This document shows, piece after piece, positions 51,295-61,210 of a DNA stretch of 64,000 bases; the stretch's first letter is position 1; each line of letters starts with the position of its first letter. The position numbers were made by a program, and so were the translations under genes. The DNA lies in contig CAZQQC010000001.1 in the NCBI GenBank assembly GCA_964595365.1, forward strand, positions 34,238 through 98,237, given 5' to 3'. The notes beneath the pieces are model-generated. The model was not told where the DNA came from, did no database searches, and saw only the letters and a program-made list of their open reading frames with translations. The DNA comes from an uncultured Melioribacter sp. Its GTDB lineage: Bacteria; Bacteroidota; Ignavibacteria; Ignavibacteriales; Melioribacteraceae.

Positions 51295-52257
51295 TTATTT
51301 GTAATACTCATACTTATACTCGCCGTAAAAAGCAGCTTTGTCGTTATTATCATAACGGATCTCCTCATGCTGAAGACCGTTTGGAAGATATGTGAACTTG
51401 ACCATGAACTGCCGGGAACCGCCCGCCAAAAACATTTTGTCGTCTATCAGATTATTATTCTCATCGTAAGCATAAAATCTTTGGTATTGCGGATTAGTTA
51501 CTTCAATCAAGTTTCCATTTTCATCGTATTTGTAGTTGATATCGTACGGTTTACCCCGAGATACTTTCTTCTCCTGGCTCAATCTTCCTGCGGAATCATA
51601 AGATGAATTTACTTCTTCCATAATATTTCCCTTGCCGTCTTTAGTAATGATTTTCACTACAAGATCATTTTGATATTTCAGATTGATATCTGCCAGCAGT
51701 TCACCTTTAACAGAATAACTTTTTGTTTCGATGAGATTATTATTTTTATCGTAAGTAAAGTACAGTTTGTTTTCCCCTTGACGCCTGCTGTCGTAAATTG
51801 TTCTTTGAATTTCGTTTCCGTTTTTGTCATACCTCGAAAGCCGTCGTGCAGCTACCTTTCCACTACCATCTTGATTCTCTGAAGAAATCAAATTCCCTTT
51901 CGAGTCATATTTATAAACATACTTTACTTCAATTTGTCCCAAGCTTGTGTAACGAATTTGTTCTTTCTTGTTGCCATTCCTGTAAAAAATTATTTTTTCG
52001 GTGAGGGTTCTTTTTACCGGCAGCGTACCGGTGTTGGTGTAAAACGCAACCCGTTTAGTGCGAATTTTTACTTTAAGTTTTTTCGCTTTATCGAGCTCCT
52101 TTTGCTCCTGGCCGTTCATTTCAGAGTTACTTTTTTGTGCGGATCTCGATTGAGTGCGGGTATTAGTATTGAACAGAAATGTTAAGAAAATTGTAAAAAG
52201 AAGGAGGAACAGAAATTTGTCATTCAGTCTGTGCAGAAAGTTATTTCTTAACGCCAT
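51295..52257 (-). CDS. Membrane-anchored YD-repeat protein
   Basis: 320 aa with an N-terminal TM helix. It has at least six YD-type repeats (YKYDSKGNLI, SRYDKNGNEI, FTYDKNNNLI, SSYDSAGRLS, YKYDENGNLI, YAYDENNNLI). Confidence 0.7.
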   Translation of the reverse strand: MALRNNFLHRLNDKFLFLLLFTIFLTFLFNTNTRTQSRSAQKSNSEMNGQEQKELDKAKKLKVKIRTKRVAFYTNTGTLPVKRTLTEKIIFYRNGNKKEQIRYTSLGQIEVKYVYKYDSKGNLISSENQDGSGKVAARRLSRYDKNGNEIQRTIYDSRRQGENKLYFTYDKNNNLIETKSYSVKGELLADINLKYQNDLVVKIITKDGKGNIMEEVNSSYDSAGRLSQEKKVSRGKPYDINYKYDENGNLIEVTNPQYQRFYAYDENNNLIDDKMFLAGGSRQFMVKFTYLPNGLQHEEIRYDNNDKAAFYGEYKYEYYK

Positions 52258-52277
52258 AGGTACTCCTGAAATTAATG

Positions 52278-52719
52278 TTATGCACCTGTTAATTTATCTT
52301 CAATCTTATTCAACTGTTCGATGCTAAATGTTTCCTGAATTTTCTTAAACCCTTCTCTTTCTTCAAATCGAATATGTTTCTCCAGCACCATTCCGAACCT
52401 ACCAAGATTGTCATAAAGATTTTTGCTTTGTTCCAAATCTGCAATTGCTTCCTCTATGAGTTGTGTTCTTGCAGCACCTGCAGATTCAGCCGATCCAAAG
52501 CTCTATTCACACCGTAGATTGTAGAAATCAAAATATCTTCTTCCTCACAAAAATGATTCCGTAAATCTTCTTTCCAGAATACTAGCAGGAATTATCCTTT
52601 GCCCTGTGTATTTGCCAGTATTCATGATACACTGGCGTATTTCTTTTTGCAAGCTGTACACCTATAAATTCTCTGTGATGTTCTTTGGAAAGTTTTATTA
52701 GATTATTGCGACGTTTCAT
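52278..52719 (-). pseudogene. Hemerythrin-like (HHE) domain gene disrupted by at least two frameshifts
   Basis: My translation gives three consecutive minus-strand frames. First, MKRRNNLIKLSKEHHREF...DNSC* (stop at 52582). Second, ...WKEDLRNHFCEEEDILISTIYG...QEHNS* (stop at 52454). Third, ...LIEEAIADLEQSKNLYDNLGRFGMVLEKHIRFEEREGFKKIQE...TGA* (stop at 52278). The H..EE motifs recur. The ORF track has no ORF of 60 aa or more here. Confidence 0.6.
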
Positions 52720-53641
52720 TTTCAACTTTCAATTTGGACTGGTGACGTTCGCGGTAGAGCTGCCCGATTTCCGCACCAATAATAAACAGACACGAGGAAT
52801 AAAACACCCAGAACATGACGGCGATAATCAAAACAAAAGCGCCGTAAAACGCGCTTGTACCTAAAATATGGTTTACATAGTAACCGAAAATGAAGCGTGC
52901 AATTTCCCAGAACACTGTACTCCAAAACGAGCTAATTGCCGCTACCCGCTTTCCCAACTGTTCGTACGGAATCAAGTAGTACAGCGCAAAGAACATTATG
53001 AACAATAGGATAAATGAAAGCAGATAAACAAAAAATTTCCATAACGGACTTTTTGTATAGACTAAAACAAAATCGGAATTTTTCGTAATCTCGTAAATAA
53101 TGTTTACAGACGGCGCGAGAAATGTTGCCACCGTAACAAGAATCAGCATTAGAACCACCATCAATATGTCGCGAAGTAACCCGTAAATTATTCCGCGCTG
53201 TATCTTCACATTGTATATCTGATTCAATATTGTTCTAATGCTGCTAAAAATCCACGTAGACGTAATAAGCAACCCTAATGCGCCGAGATAACCGGCAGCA
53301 GTTTTGTACTGAATCACTTCGGGCAAGCGTGTACTGATGATTTTTTTCACGTAGTTTGCATAAGAGGGATACGGTATGATCTGATCGATAAAACCGTGCA
53401 TTTGCATTTCAATTGTTGCCTGGTCAAAAACATTTCCGAGGAGTGAAAATGCGAGAAGTATAAACGGAATAATGCCAATGAAGAGAGAAAAAGAAATTCC
53501 AGCGCCGGCAAGAAACAAATTATGCTCGTCCATCCTTTTGAAAATGCCGATGACATAATGTTTTAGAAAATCCAAAATTTTTCGAAAATTTGATATAGGT
53601 ATGAGCGTGCCGATTTTTTTTACAATTTTGACTACCGTCAT
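52703..53641 (-). CDS. YihY/BrkB-family membrane protein
   Basis: 312 aa with about 6 TM helices. AGAGISFSLFIGIIPFIL is typical of the family. Confidence 0.8.
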   Translation of the reverse strand: MTVVKIVKKIGTLIPISNFRKILDFLKHYVIGIFKRMDEHNLFLAGAGISFSLFIGIIPFILLAFSLLGNVFDQATIEMQMHGFIDQIIPYPSYANYVKKIISTRLPEVIQYKTAAGYLGALGLLITSTWIFSSIRTILNQIYNVKIQRGIIYGLLRDILMVVLMLILVTVATFLAPSVNIIYEITKNSDFVLVYTKSPLWKFFVYLLSFILLFIMFFALYYLIPYEQLGKRVAAISSFWSTVFWEIARFIFGYYVNHILGTSAFYGAFVLIIAVMFWVFYSSCLFIIGAEIGQLYRERHQSKLKVENETSQ

Positions 53642-53644
53642 CCA

Positions 53645-55876
53645 TCAGCCTTTTGTGTGAATCATTCTTTTCGGGATCGATGAGTAATACAGATCCATAA
53701 GATGATTCAGCGAAAAATCGTATTGATCATTTATACATAAATCTTTTCCACATGTTTCACCCAAAAGCATAAACGGTGTAAAACTTTTGGAAGCGGTCTC
53801 TTCAAATTTTTCCTTCAGCTCCGGGTCGACAGAAACAATTATGCGTGATTGACTTTCCGAGAAAAATGAAAAATCTTCTCTCGTCTTAACCGGAATTTTC
53901 ACTTTTGCACCGACCGGCTTCTCATCGTTCAGAATACAGCATTCTGCCAGAGCACATAAAAGTCCGCCATCAGAAACATCGTGAGCAGAACGAATCAATC
54001 CGTTATCAACCATGGTCAGAAGCAAACTCTGTAAATCTTTTTCGGTTTGCAAATCTATCTTAGGAATTTCTCCTGTAACCAAATCGTGAACAACTTTTAA
54101 ATATTCGCTGCCGCCAACTTCTTCGTAATCTTCACCCAAAAGATAAATCAAATCTCCTTCGCATTTGAATTCCGCCGTTGTGATGTTATCCAATTTCTCT
54201 ATAAGCCCCACCATACCAATCACAGGTGTCGGGAAAACAGCGGTGTCGGGACTTTCATTGTAGAAACTTACATTTCCACCGGTAACAGGAGTATTGAAGA
54301 ATCTGCATGCTTCACCCATTCCTTCAATTGATTTTTTGAAAGTCCAATACATTTCCGGTTTGTACGGATTGCCGAAGTTCAAACAATTTGTAATTGCAAG
54401 CGGAGCTGCGCCGGTGCAAACGACATTACGTGCCGCTTCGGCAACTGCAATTTTGGTTCCCTCTTTTGGGTCGAGATAAACGTATCTTCCGTTGCAGTCT
54501 GTTTTAGCAGCAATGGCTTTGTCTGTTCCTTTTATATAGATCACAGCCGCATCGGCACCGGGACCGATAACTGTGTTTGTCCTAACGGAAGAATCATACT
54601 GCTGATAGACCCATCGTTTGGATGCAATGTTGGGAGACGAAAATATTTTTTCAAAAATTTCCGAAACACTACCTTGTTCCGGTAAAGATTCCAAATTAAA
54701 TTTTTGCTTCTCGCTCAAGTACGCAGGTTCTTTTGCTTCACGGATATAAACCGGAACATTGCCCCCAAGAGCCAATTCGACCGGTGGAATTTCGGCTTTC
54801 TTTTCGCCATCGTAATTAATTACCAATTTTTCTTCGTCGGCAACCTCGCCAATAATTTCGCAGTTCAAATCCCACTTCTCAAAAATTTCTTTTACTTTTT
54901 CCTCATAGCCTTTCCTGGCAACAACGAGCATTCTTTCCTGGCTTTCCGAAAGCATTATTTCGTAAGCGCTCATACCATCTTCGCGTAATGGAACTTTGTT
55001 CAGATCTATTATCATTCCGGATCCGCCTTTTGCACTCATCTCCGATGTTGAACACGAAATGCCAGCAGCGCCCATATCCTGAATTCCAACAATTAAATTA
55101 TGCTTTATGATTTCAAGAGTAGCTTCAAGCAAAAGTTTTTCTGTGAATGGATCGCCAACTTGAACCGACGGGCGTTTCGATTCCGACTTTTCAGAAATTT
55201 CTTCCGATGCAAAAGTTGCGCCGTGAATTCCATCTCTACCGGTTGATGAACCAACAATCATAACCGGATTACCTTTTCCCTTTGCAACTGCCGATATCGA
55301 ACCGTTCGAATCAACAATTCCAATTGCCATCGCATTTACAAGAGGATTGCCTTTGTAAGATTCATCGAAGAAAACTTCTCCTGCAACGGTCGGTACTCCG
55401 AAACAATTTCCGTAATCGCCTATGCCTTTTACAACTCCTTCGAACAGATAGCGCGTGCGCGGATCGGTTAACGGACCAAATCGAAGCGAGTTCAAACATG
55501 CGATCGGCCTGGCTCCCATCGTAAAAATATCGCGCAAGATTCCGCCAACACCGGTTGCGGCACCCTGATACGGTTCAACTGCAGATGGATGATTGTGACT
55601 TTCAATCTTGAATGCAATTGCAAGTCCATCGCCAATATCAACAAGCCCGGCATTTTCATCACCGGCGTTTACAAGCAGCCTTCCGCCGCTTCTTGGCAAA
55701 GTTTTAAGTAGTACAATCGAATTTTTATAACTGCAATGTTCGCTCCACATCACGCTAAAAATACCCAATTCTGTAAAGGTTGGTGTTCTTCCCAGCCGCT
55801 CACAAATCCATCCGTATTCTTCTTCTGTGAGCCCGTGTTCTTTAGCTAAATTTATGTTTACTTCAGGTTCTTTCAT
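53645..55876 (-). CDS. purL: Phosphoribosylformylglycinamidine synthase subunit PurL
   Basis: [21 protein letters not shown]...[11 protein letters not shown]...ESHNHPS... The ATG at 55876 is preferred over the TTG at 55912 given in the track. Confidence 0.95.
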   Translation of the reverse strand: MKEPEVNINLAKEHGLTEEEYGWICERLGRTPTFTELGIFSVMWSEHCSYKNSIVLLKTLPRSGGRLLVNAGDENAGLVDIGDGLAIAFKIESHNHPSAVEPYQGAATGVGGILRDIFTMGARPIACLNSLRFGPLTDPRTRYLFEGVVKGIGDYGNCFGVPTVAGEVFFDESYKGNPLVNAMAIGIVDSNGSISAVAKGKGNPVMIVGSSTGRDGIHGATFASEEISEKSESKRPSVQVGDPFTEKLLLEATLEIIKHNLIVGIQDMGAAGISCSTSEMSAKGGSGMIIDLNKVPLREDGMSAYEIMLSESQERMLVVARKGYEEKVKEIFEKWDLNCEIIGEVADEEKLVINYDGEKKAEIPPVELALGGNVPVYIREAKEPAYLSEKQKFNLESLPEQGSVSEIFEKIFSSPNIASKRWVYQQYDSSVRTNTVIGPGADAAVIYIKGTDKAIAAKTDCNGRYVYLDPKEGTKIAVAEAARNVVCTGAAPLAITNCLNFGNPYKPEMYWTFKKSIEGMGEACRFFNTPVTGGNVSFYNESPDTAVFPTPVIGMVGLIEKLDNITTAEFKCEGDLIYLLGEDYEEVGGSEYLKVVHDLVTGEIPKIDLQTEKDLQSLLLTMVDNGLIRSAHDVSDGGLLCALAECCILNDEKPVGAKVKIPVKTREDFSFFSESQSRIIVSVDPELKEKFEETASKSFTPFMLLGETCGKDLCINDQYDFSLNHLMDLYYSSIPKRMIHTKG

Positions 55877-55910
55877 ATGAATAGATAGAATCTTTCCGAA
55901 TGTGGTGTGC

Positions 55911-55940
55911 AATATAATACATTTCGAGGGGCTGTCTCAA
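55911..55940 (-). promoter_or_regulatory. Candidate sigma70-type promoter for purL (TTGAGA-18 nt-TATATT)
   Basis: Minus strand reads TTGAGAcagcccctcgaaatgtatTATATT, about 35 nt upstream of the purL ATG. The -35 hexamer lies within the 18-mer repeat. Confidence 0.3.
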
Positions 55941-55947
55941 AAGTAAT
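55930..55947 (-). repeat. 18-mer ATTACTTTTGAGACAGCC (minus-strand reading), copy 2, upstream of purL
   Basis: Matches 45736-45753 at 17 of 18 positions. Confidence 0.5.
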
Positions 55948-56030
55948 TTTACAAAATAATAACTCCCGAAAACCTTACTGCTGTCTGGTTTAGTTTGACC
56001 AACACTACCCGCGACATGTCTTTATTAAAA

Positions 56031-56097
56031 TATAAAAGCCGCAATGATTTTCTGAACTGTTCACCACAACAAGGCGAAAACCAAATACGGCTTTATA
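56031..56097 (-). terminator. Long imperfect hairpin plus U-tract (terminator of ftsZ transcript or of a small RNA)
   Basis: On the minus strand, TATAAAGCCG pairs with CGGCTTTTATA (10 bp, one bulge). The inner stems are GGTTTTC/GAAAATC and TGAA/TTCA, followed by TTTTAATAAA. Confidence 0.35.
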
Positions 56098-56213
56098 AAG
56101 GACAACATAGAAGAAACTCTATCTCTTACTCCTGCCCGTTTCAACCAGTCCGCTGCCAAGGCAGACTCTATGAGACGGAGTCGAAGCGGTGTGAGCTCTC
56201 GTTCTAAATAAAC

Positions 56214-57527
56214 TCAATCCATAATTTTTCTTAAGAACGACGAACTGTCTTCCTCATCGCTGTTCTTTTTGTTTGGATTGAAATCATCATTCTGATAATC
56301 AACATGTTCGGCTCTAAATCCGCTTTCAATGTTTGCGTTACGTGCAAACAAATCCAGATCCCCTTTGTTGTATCTAAGGATAGTTGGAATATTCAGGTCC
56401 TCACTGTTTTCAAGATCGGTACCTTTCTTTGTAGAGAATGCCGCACCGATGCTGCTAACTTTCTTCCCGGTTTGCCGGTCAGGCAGGTCATTTTTACGTT
56501 CAACTTTTTCCGTTCTCAAATTGCTGATCGGCTTCGCGCTTGCTTTCGTTTCAAATCCGGTTGCAATTACGGTGTATGAAATATATTCGGTCATCGATTC
56601 TTTGTTGACGACGCCGAATATTACATTCGCTTCTTCGCCTGCTGCTTCAAAAATTACATTGTTGCCGGCTTCAATTTCCTGCATTGTCATATTAGCCGAA
56701 CCGCTGACGTTGAGAAGAATATTTTTTGCACCTTTAATTGAAACACCTTCAAGCATCGGCGATGAAATCGCTTTCTGCGCTGCCTCAATCGAGCGGTTTT
56801 CTCCACTTGCAATTCCACAGCCCATCAATGCCTGTCCACTGTCTCTCATAACCGTACGAACATCGGCAAAGTCAACGTTGATAATTCCTTTGATCGTAAT
56901 TATATCTGAAATACCGCGTGTAGCTTCGTAAAGAATTTCGTTCGGCTTATCGAATGCTGCACGCGCTGCAGTTGCAGTATCAATGATGCTAAGAATTCTG
57001 CTGTTCGGAATAACGATCAGCGAATCAACATACTGACGGAGTTCGGCAATTCCTTCATCTGCATTTTTCATTCTTTGTTTGCCTTCCCACGTAAACGGTT
57101 TTGTAACTATACCAATCACGAGAGCGCCGAGGCTTTTTGCAATCGATGCCACAATAGGAGCGCCTCCCGTTCCTGTACCGCCACCCATTCCCGCAGTAAC
57201 AAAAACCATGTCCGAACCTTCCAGAACGTGGGTAATTTTTTCGCGGTCTTCCTCTGCTGCTTTTTTACCAACGTTAGGATCCGCACCGGCACCAAGCCCT
57301 CGAGTAACATTTGTGCCAATTTGAATTTTGTGCAATGCCGAACTTTCTTCGAGCACTTGCGCATCTGTATTGACAGCAGCGAATTCAACCCCGTTCAATC
57401 CGCGGTTGATCATACTATCAATAGCATTGCAGCCACCACCGCCAACTCCTACAACTTTGATTTGAGCTGACAATGGTCTTTGTGTTTCAAGAGTAAAAAA
57501 ACGCGGCCGTTTTTCCATAGCTGACAT
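56214..57527 (-). CDS. ftsZ: Cell division GTPase FtsZ
   Basis: 437 aa. GVGGGGCNA, GGGTGTG tubulin signature, a long linker, and a C-terminal SSFLRKIMD peptide. Confidence 0.97.
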   Translation of the reverse strand: MSAMEKRPRFFTLETQRPLSAQIKVVGVGGGGCNAIDSMINRGLNGVEFAAVNTDAQVLEESSALHKIQIGTNVTRGLGAGADPNVGKKAAEEDREKITHVLEGSDMVFVTAGMGGGTGTGGAPIVASIAKSLGALVIGIVTKPFTWEGKQRMKNADEGIAELRQYVDSLIVIPNSRILSIIDTATAARAAFDKPNEILYEATRGISDIITIKGIINVDFADVRTVMRDSGQALMGCGIASGENRSIEAAQKAISSPMLEGVSIKGAKNILLNVSGSANMTMQEIEAGNNVIFEAAGEEANVIFGVVNKESMTEYISYTVIATGFETKASAKPISNLRTEKVERKNDLPDRQTGKKVSSIGAAFSTKKGTDLENSEDLNIPTILRYNKGDLDLFARNANIESGFRAEHVDYQNDDFNPNKKNSDEEDSSSFLRKIMD

Positions 57528-57553
57528 GATTCCTCCTTGTTGTGGTGTTTTAT

Positions 57554-58804
57554 TTATAGTTTGTCAAAAAATTCTTGTACCTTTTTGAACAATTTGCTTA
57601 CATTAAATTTGTTTTCGCCGCTTACGCTCTTTCCAACAGAAAAACTATCCGATACTTTTCCGGGAACTCCGCGGATTAATCCGGCAACGGTTGCAAACTC
57701 CGGGCTCTCTACTTCTTTCGATAAGCCCGAACCAAGATCGAGAGGAACGCCGATGCGTGCCGGCATTCCGAAAACTTCTTCAGCCAATTCTGTGCTGCCC
57801 TTTAGAAGAGAACCGCCCCCCGTTAATACTACACCTGCTTTAATTTTATTTTTGAATCCGGTGTGACGGAGTTCATTATCAATAATTGAAAAAAGTTCTT
57901 TCATTCTTATGCTAATAATTTGTGTTAAAAGCGAGAGAGGTATTTTGATGTTCCCTCTTCCGCCAATGCCTTTTATGTATAAGTCTTCTTCTTTAATCAT
58001 TGCTTGTTCGGTTGAGTAACCATGTTCGCGTTTCAGCATTTCTGCATCTGCTGTAACAATACCAAGAGTTTCGCGTATGTCGTTTGTAACTTGATTGCCT
58101 GCAACTCCAATTACTTTAGTATGCTTGATTGCTTTCTTATGAAATATTGCCAGATCAGTTGTTCCGCCGCCGATATCAACAAGCAAAATTCCCAAATCTT
58201 TTTCGTTTTCTTCGAGCACAGCAAAACTTGATGCAATAGGTTGAAGCACATAATCTTTCACTGTGTAGCCGGCACGCTCGACCGATTTTTTTATGTTTTG
58301 AATTGCCGGAATTGAAGCAAGCACAACATGATTCACCGCTTCTAACCTTGAGCCGCTCATTCCAATCGGATCGTCGATACCGCCCTGGTAATCAACAAAA
58401 TATTCTTCGGGAATGATATGAAGAATCTGCCGGTCGGAAGGAATTCTTATCGTCTGAACATCGCTTCTCAAACGGTCCAAATCATCTTGAGTGATTTCTT
58501 TTTCCGGATTGCTGATCGTTACATAATTTCTATGACGCAAACTCGTAATATGTTCGCCCGCAACTCCTACGTTAAGTTCTTTAACCGTTAAACCTGCTCT
58601 GTTGATTGCAACACTCAATGCCTGGTTAATCGCTTCGGCGGTTTTTGAAATGTTAGCCACCAATCCGCGGTTTAATCCTTCGGAAGGTGCAACTCCGAAC
58701 CCGAGAATATTAATATTAGATTCAGCCTGTTCAGCAATTACGGCACAAACTTTTGTTGTGCCGAGATCGAGTCCTGCTATTATATTTTTCTTCATAATTT
58801 TCAA
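57554..58804 (-). CDS. ftsA: Cell division protein FtsA
   Basis: 416 aa. Actin-like ATPase (GLDLGTTKV, VDIGGGTTD, LTGGGS). Confidence 0.95.
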   Translation of the reverse strand: MKIMKKNIIAGLDLGTTKVCAVIAEQAESNINILGFGVAPSEGLNRGLVANISKTAEAINQALSVAINRAGLTVKELNVGVAGEHITSLRHRNYVTISNPEKEITQDDLDRLRSDVQTIRIPSDRQILHIIPEEYFVDYQGGIDDPIGMSGSRLEAVNHVVLASIPAIQNIKKSVERAGYTVKDYVLQPIASSFAVLEENEKDLGILLVDIGGGTTDLAIFHKKAIKHTKVIGVAGNQVTNDIRETLGIVTADAEMLKREHGYSTEQAMIKEEDLYIKGIGGRGNIKIPLSLLTQIISIRMKELFSIIDNELRHTGFKNKIKAGVVLTGGGSLLKGSTELAEEVFGMPARIGVPLDLGSGLSKEVESPEFATVAGLIRGVPGKVSDSFSVGKSVSGENKFNVSKLFKKVQEFFDKL

Positions 58805-59637
58805 CCTTGCATGCCTGCTTCCCTCGTCTCCGGTTCTACGGAGTGGGTAGGCATGCTCTCGTTTGAATTCGTCTCTACTTTGCCCTCAGGCGTTTCTGAA
58901 ATTCCAAGGTATACGTGTCCGCCGTAACGCAGGTCAACGTAATTCAAATATTGATTAATTTCTTTTCCTTTCAAGTAATTCCAAAGATTATTTAAGTAAA
59001 CAATTTTTCTGATCTCGCTTCCGCGACCGATTTTGATTGGATAATTCACCGACGAAAGATTTAGAACGATGTCACCACCGTTTTCCATATCGATTGAAGA
59101 AAGTGAATCGTATAATTCTGGATTCAAAAGCTTAACCGAAGAAATAATTTTTGCTGCAGTTACCATATCGAAATTTTTCTTCATTGAAAACAATGGCTGA
59201 ATTGTTCCGTCCACCGATAAATTTGCTATAACCGGGTAATCGATTTTTTTTGTCTGATCGAAAACCGGAAGTACTTGCAGTTTATCTGTAACGATAAACT
59301 GGTTATCGTCATTCAGCAAAATTGCCATAAAAGATTTTTCTCTAATCCTAATTGAAACTTGCCCGTTGCCATCGTACCGGACATCGGAGCGTTCAACGTA
59401 AGGATGCTTTTCAATTCTATCTTTAATTACCTGCAAAGTAAGACTGGAGTAGCCATCCCTATCAAGCAAGTTTGCGTAACCCAGATACTGCTCTTTCGTA
59501 AGATGAACATTTCCTTCCAGCGCAATTACCTGAATGCTATAACCATTGCCCGACTTAAGATTAACAGACAAATAGATTACCAAGCCAAGAGTGATAACCA
59601 GAGAAAGTGCGCTTAATATTTTTCCCAACGATTTCAT
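58801..59637 (-). CDS. ftsQ: Cell division protein FtsQ/DivIB
   Basis: 278 aa with an N-terminal TM helix, a POTRA-like region (IQVIALEGNVHLTKEQ), and the expected position between murC and ftsA. Confidence 0.8.
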   Translation of the reverse strand: MKSLGKILSALSLVITLGLVIYLSVNLKSGNGYSIQVIALEGNVHLTKEQYLGYANLLDRDGYSSLTLQVIKDRIEKHPYVERSDVRYDGNGQVSIRIREKSFMAILLNDDNQFIVTDKLQVLPVFDQTKKIDYPVIANLSVDGTIQPLFSMKKNFDMVTAAKIISSVKLLNPELYDSLSSIDMENGGDIVLNLSSVNYPIKIGRGSEIRKIVYLNNLWNYLKGKEINQYLNYVDLRYGGHVYLGISETPEGKVETNSNESMPTHSVEPETREAGMQG

Positions 59638-59641
59638 GAAT

Positions 59642-61024
59642 CTATTTTTGTTTTTCCGTCAAAAATTGAACAAACTTTTCACCGAACTTCCAGATATCTC
59701 CTGCGCCCATCGTAATGATGATGTCTCCCTTTCTGTAAATTTTTTGAAGAAGCTCGGGAACCTTAGTTTTATCCGGTTCATAGTAAACATGTTTGTGCCC
59801 GAACTTTTTTGCAGAATCTGCAATTAACAATCCATTAATTCCTTCGATCGGTTTTTCACGTGCCGGGTAAACATCTGTACAAATGAAAACATCCGAGTTT
59901 AAGAACGATCTGCCAAACTCAGCATAAAAATCGCGTGTGCGGGAAAATAGATGCGGTTGGAATACAGCAACTAATCTTCTGTTCCACCCGCGGCGGATTC
60001 CGTCAAGAGTTACATTTATTTCGGTCGGATGATGACCATAGTCGTCAACCACCATTACGTCGTTATCATATTTTTTTTCGAACCGGCGGTAAACACCATG
60101 GAATGATTCGAGCGCTTTCTTGATCACGTTGAACTCGACGCCCATCTGTGTTGCAATCGTAACCGCTACAAGAGAATTTTTCACGTTGTGCAAACCGGGG
60201 ATGTTGATACACAATTTGCCGAGTTCTTTGCCAAGATAAATCACCCCGAACTCGGAATGATTTTGCAAGTGAGTAATATTTACCGCACGAACGTCTGCCT
60301 GGGGTGTAATTCCATAAGTAAAAATTTTCTTATTGATCTGCGGAATAACATCCTGAAGCGCGGGTTCATCGAGACATAAAACAATAAAACCGAAGAACGG
60401 AACCTTGTTAGCAAATTCTACAAATGCAGATTTTATATCATCCAAATCTTTGTATGTATCGAGATGTTCTTTTTCCAAAGTTGTGAGCGCGGCAATCGTT
60501 GGTGTCAATTTCAAAAATGTTCTGTCAAATTCATCCGCTTCAACAACGATATATTCACCCCGGCCCAACCGTGCGTTGGTTCCGCCGAGAGAACTCAATT
60601 TTCCGCCAACTATAATCGTAGGGTCGATTCCGGCTTCGGTTAGTACAAGTCCAACCATCGAAGTTGTTGTTGTCTTTCCATGTGTTCCGGCAATCCCGAT
60701 TCCATATTTCATTCTCATGCACTCGGCTAACATCTCGGAGCGTTTGATAACGGGAATTTTTTTTGCAACAGCTTCCTTCACTTCCGGATTTTCCAGATTC
60801 ACCGCTGAAGAGTAAACGACAACATCTGCATTTTTCAAATTCTCTGCCGAATGACCTTCAAAAACTTTTATTCCTAAATTCTCGAGACGATCTGTAACTT
60901 CCGTTTTGTTCAGGTCGGAACCGGTTATTGTAAATCCCTGGCTCAATAAAATTTCTGCGATACCGCTCATTCCTATTCCACCAATACCAATAAAATGAAT
61001 ATTTTTAATTGTCTTCATCATCAT
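59642..61024 (-). CDS. murC: UDP-N-acetylmuramate--L-alanine ligase
   Basis: 460 aa. IHFIGIGGIGMSGIAE, GTHGKTTTTSM, and the Mur ligase C-terminal domain. Confidence 0.95.
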   Translation of the reverse strand: MMMKTIKNIHFIGIGGIGMSGIAEILLSQGFTITGSDLNKTEVTDRLENLGIKVFEGHSAENLKNADVVVYSSAVNLENPEVKEAVAKKIPVIKRSEMLAECMRMKYGIGIAGTHGKTTTTSMVGLVLTEAGIDPTIIVGGKLSSLGGTNARLGRGEYIVVEADEFDRTFLKLTPTIAALTTLEKEHLDTYKDLDDIKSAFVEFANKVPFFGFIVLCLDEPALQDVIPQINKKIFTYGITPQADVRAVNITHLQNHSEFGVIYLGKELGKLCINIPGLHNVKNSLVAVTIATQMGVEFNVIKKALESFHGVYRRFEKKYDNDVMVVDDYGHHPTEINVTLDGIRRGWNRRLVAVFQPHLFSRTRDFYAEFGRSFLNSDVFICTDVYPAREKPIEGINGLLIADSAKKFGHKHVYYEPDKTKVPELLQKIYRKGDIIITMGAGDIWKFGEKFVQFLTEKQK

Positions 61025-61210
61025 AACAAATCTTCCCTTCTTATTGCCAAAAGATTATCAACCATTACCAGAACTCAACTCCGCTACAACAGACCAGTAA
61101 AACCTCAATTAACAAAATCAAACAGCCAAAACCGTACTTCTGAATTCGGCTATAGATAATTGTTTAGAAATTGTTAGTTGTTTTTTGTTACTCATTCTCG
61201 TTACCATTAA

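Noticed and set aside
56125-56185. SRP (4.5S) RNA-like string GTTTCAACCAG...GCTGCCAAGGCAGA on the plus strand
   Set aside because: The resemblance to E. coli 4.5S flanks is superficial. The essential helix-8 hairpin with a GNRA (GGAA) tetraloop and AGCA loop is absent on both strands.
55995-56207. 70-aa plus-strand ORF in the ftsZ-purL spacer
   Set aside because: It has a TTG start without an SD, is Arg/Ser/Cys-rich, and carries no motif. The region is better explained as structured non-coding sequence on the minus strand.
55913-56213. ZTP (pfl) or purine riboswitch in front of purL
   Set aside because: I could not find the conserved ZTP elements (GGGTCGTGACTGGCG...CCGCCTGGGC) or the purine-riboswitch core (TATA...GGATATGG...CCGTAAA...). 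A terminator-like hairpin and a promoter-like element also lie between the structured part and purL.
56329-56931. 200-aa plus-strand ORF antisense to ftsZ. Similar long plus-strand ORFs occur at 41772-42278, 29114-29620, 30350-30832, 27299-27781, 40006-40428 and 40386-40808.
   Set aside because: Each lies entirely opposite a strongly recognisable conserved gene. Each has F/S/L/I-rich, low-complexity composition typical of the antisense frame of AT-rich genes. None has a visible RBS or recognisable motif.
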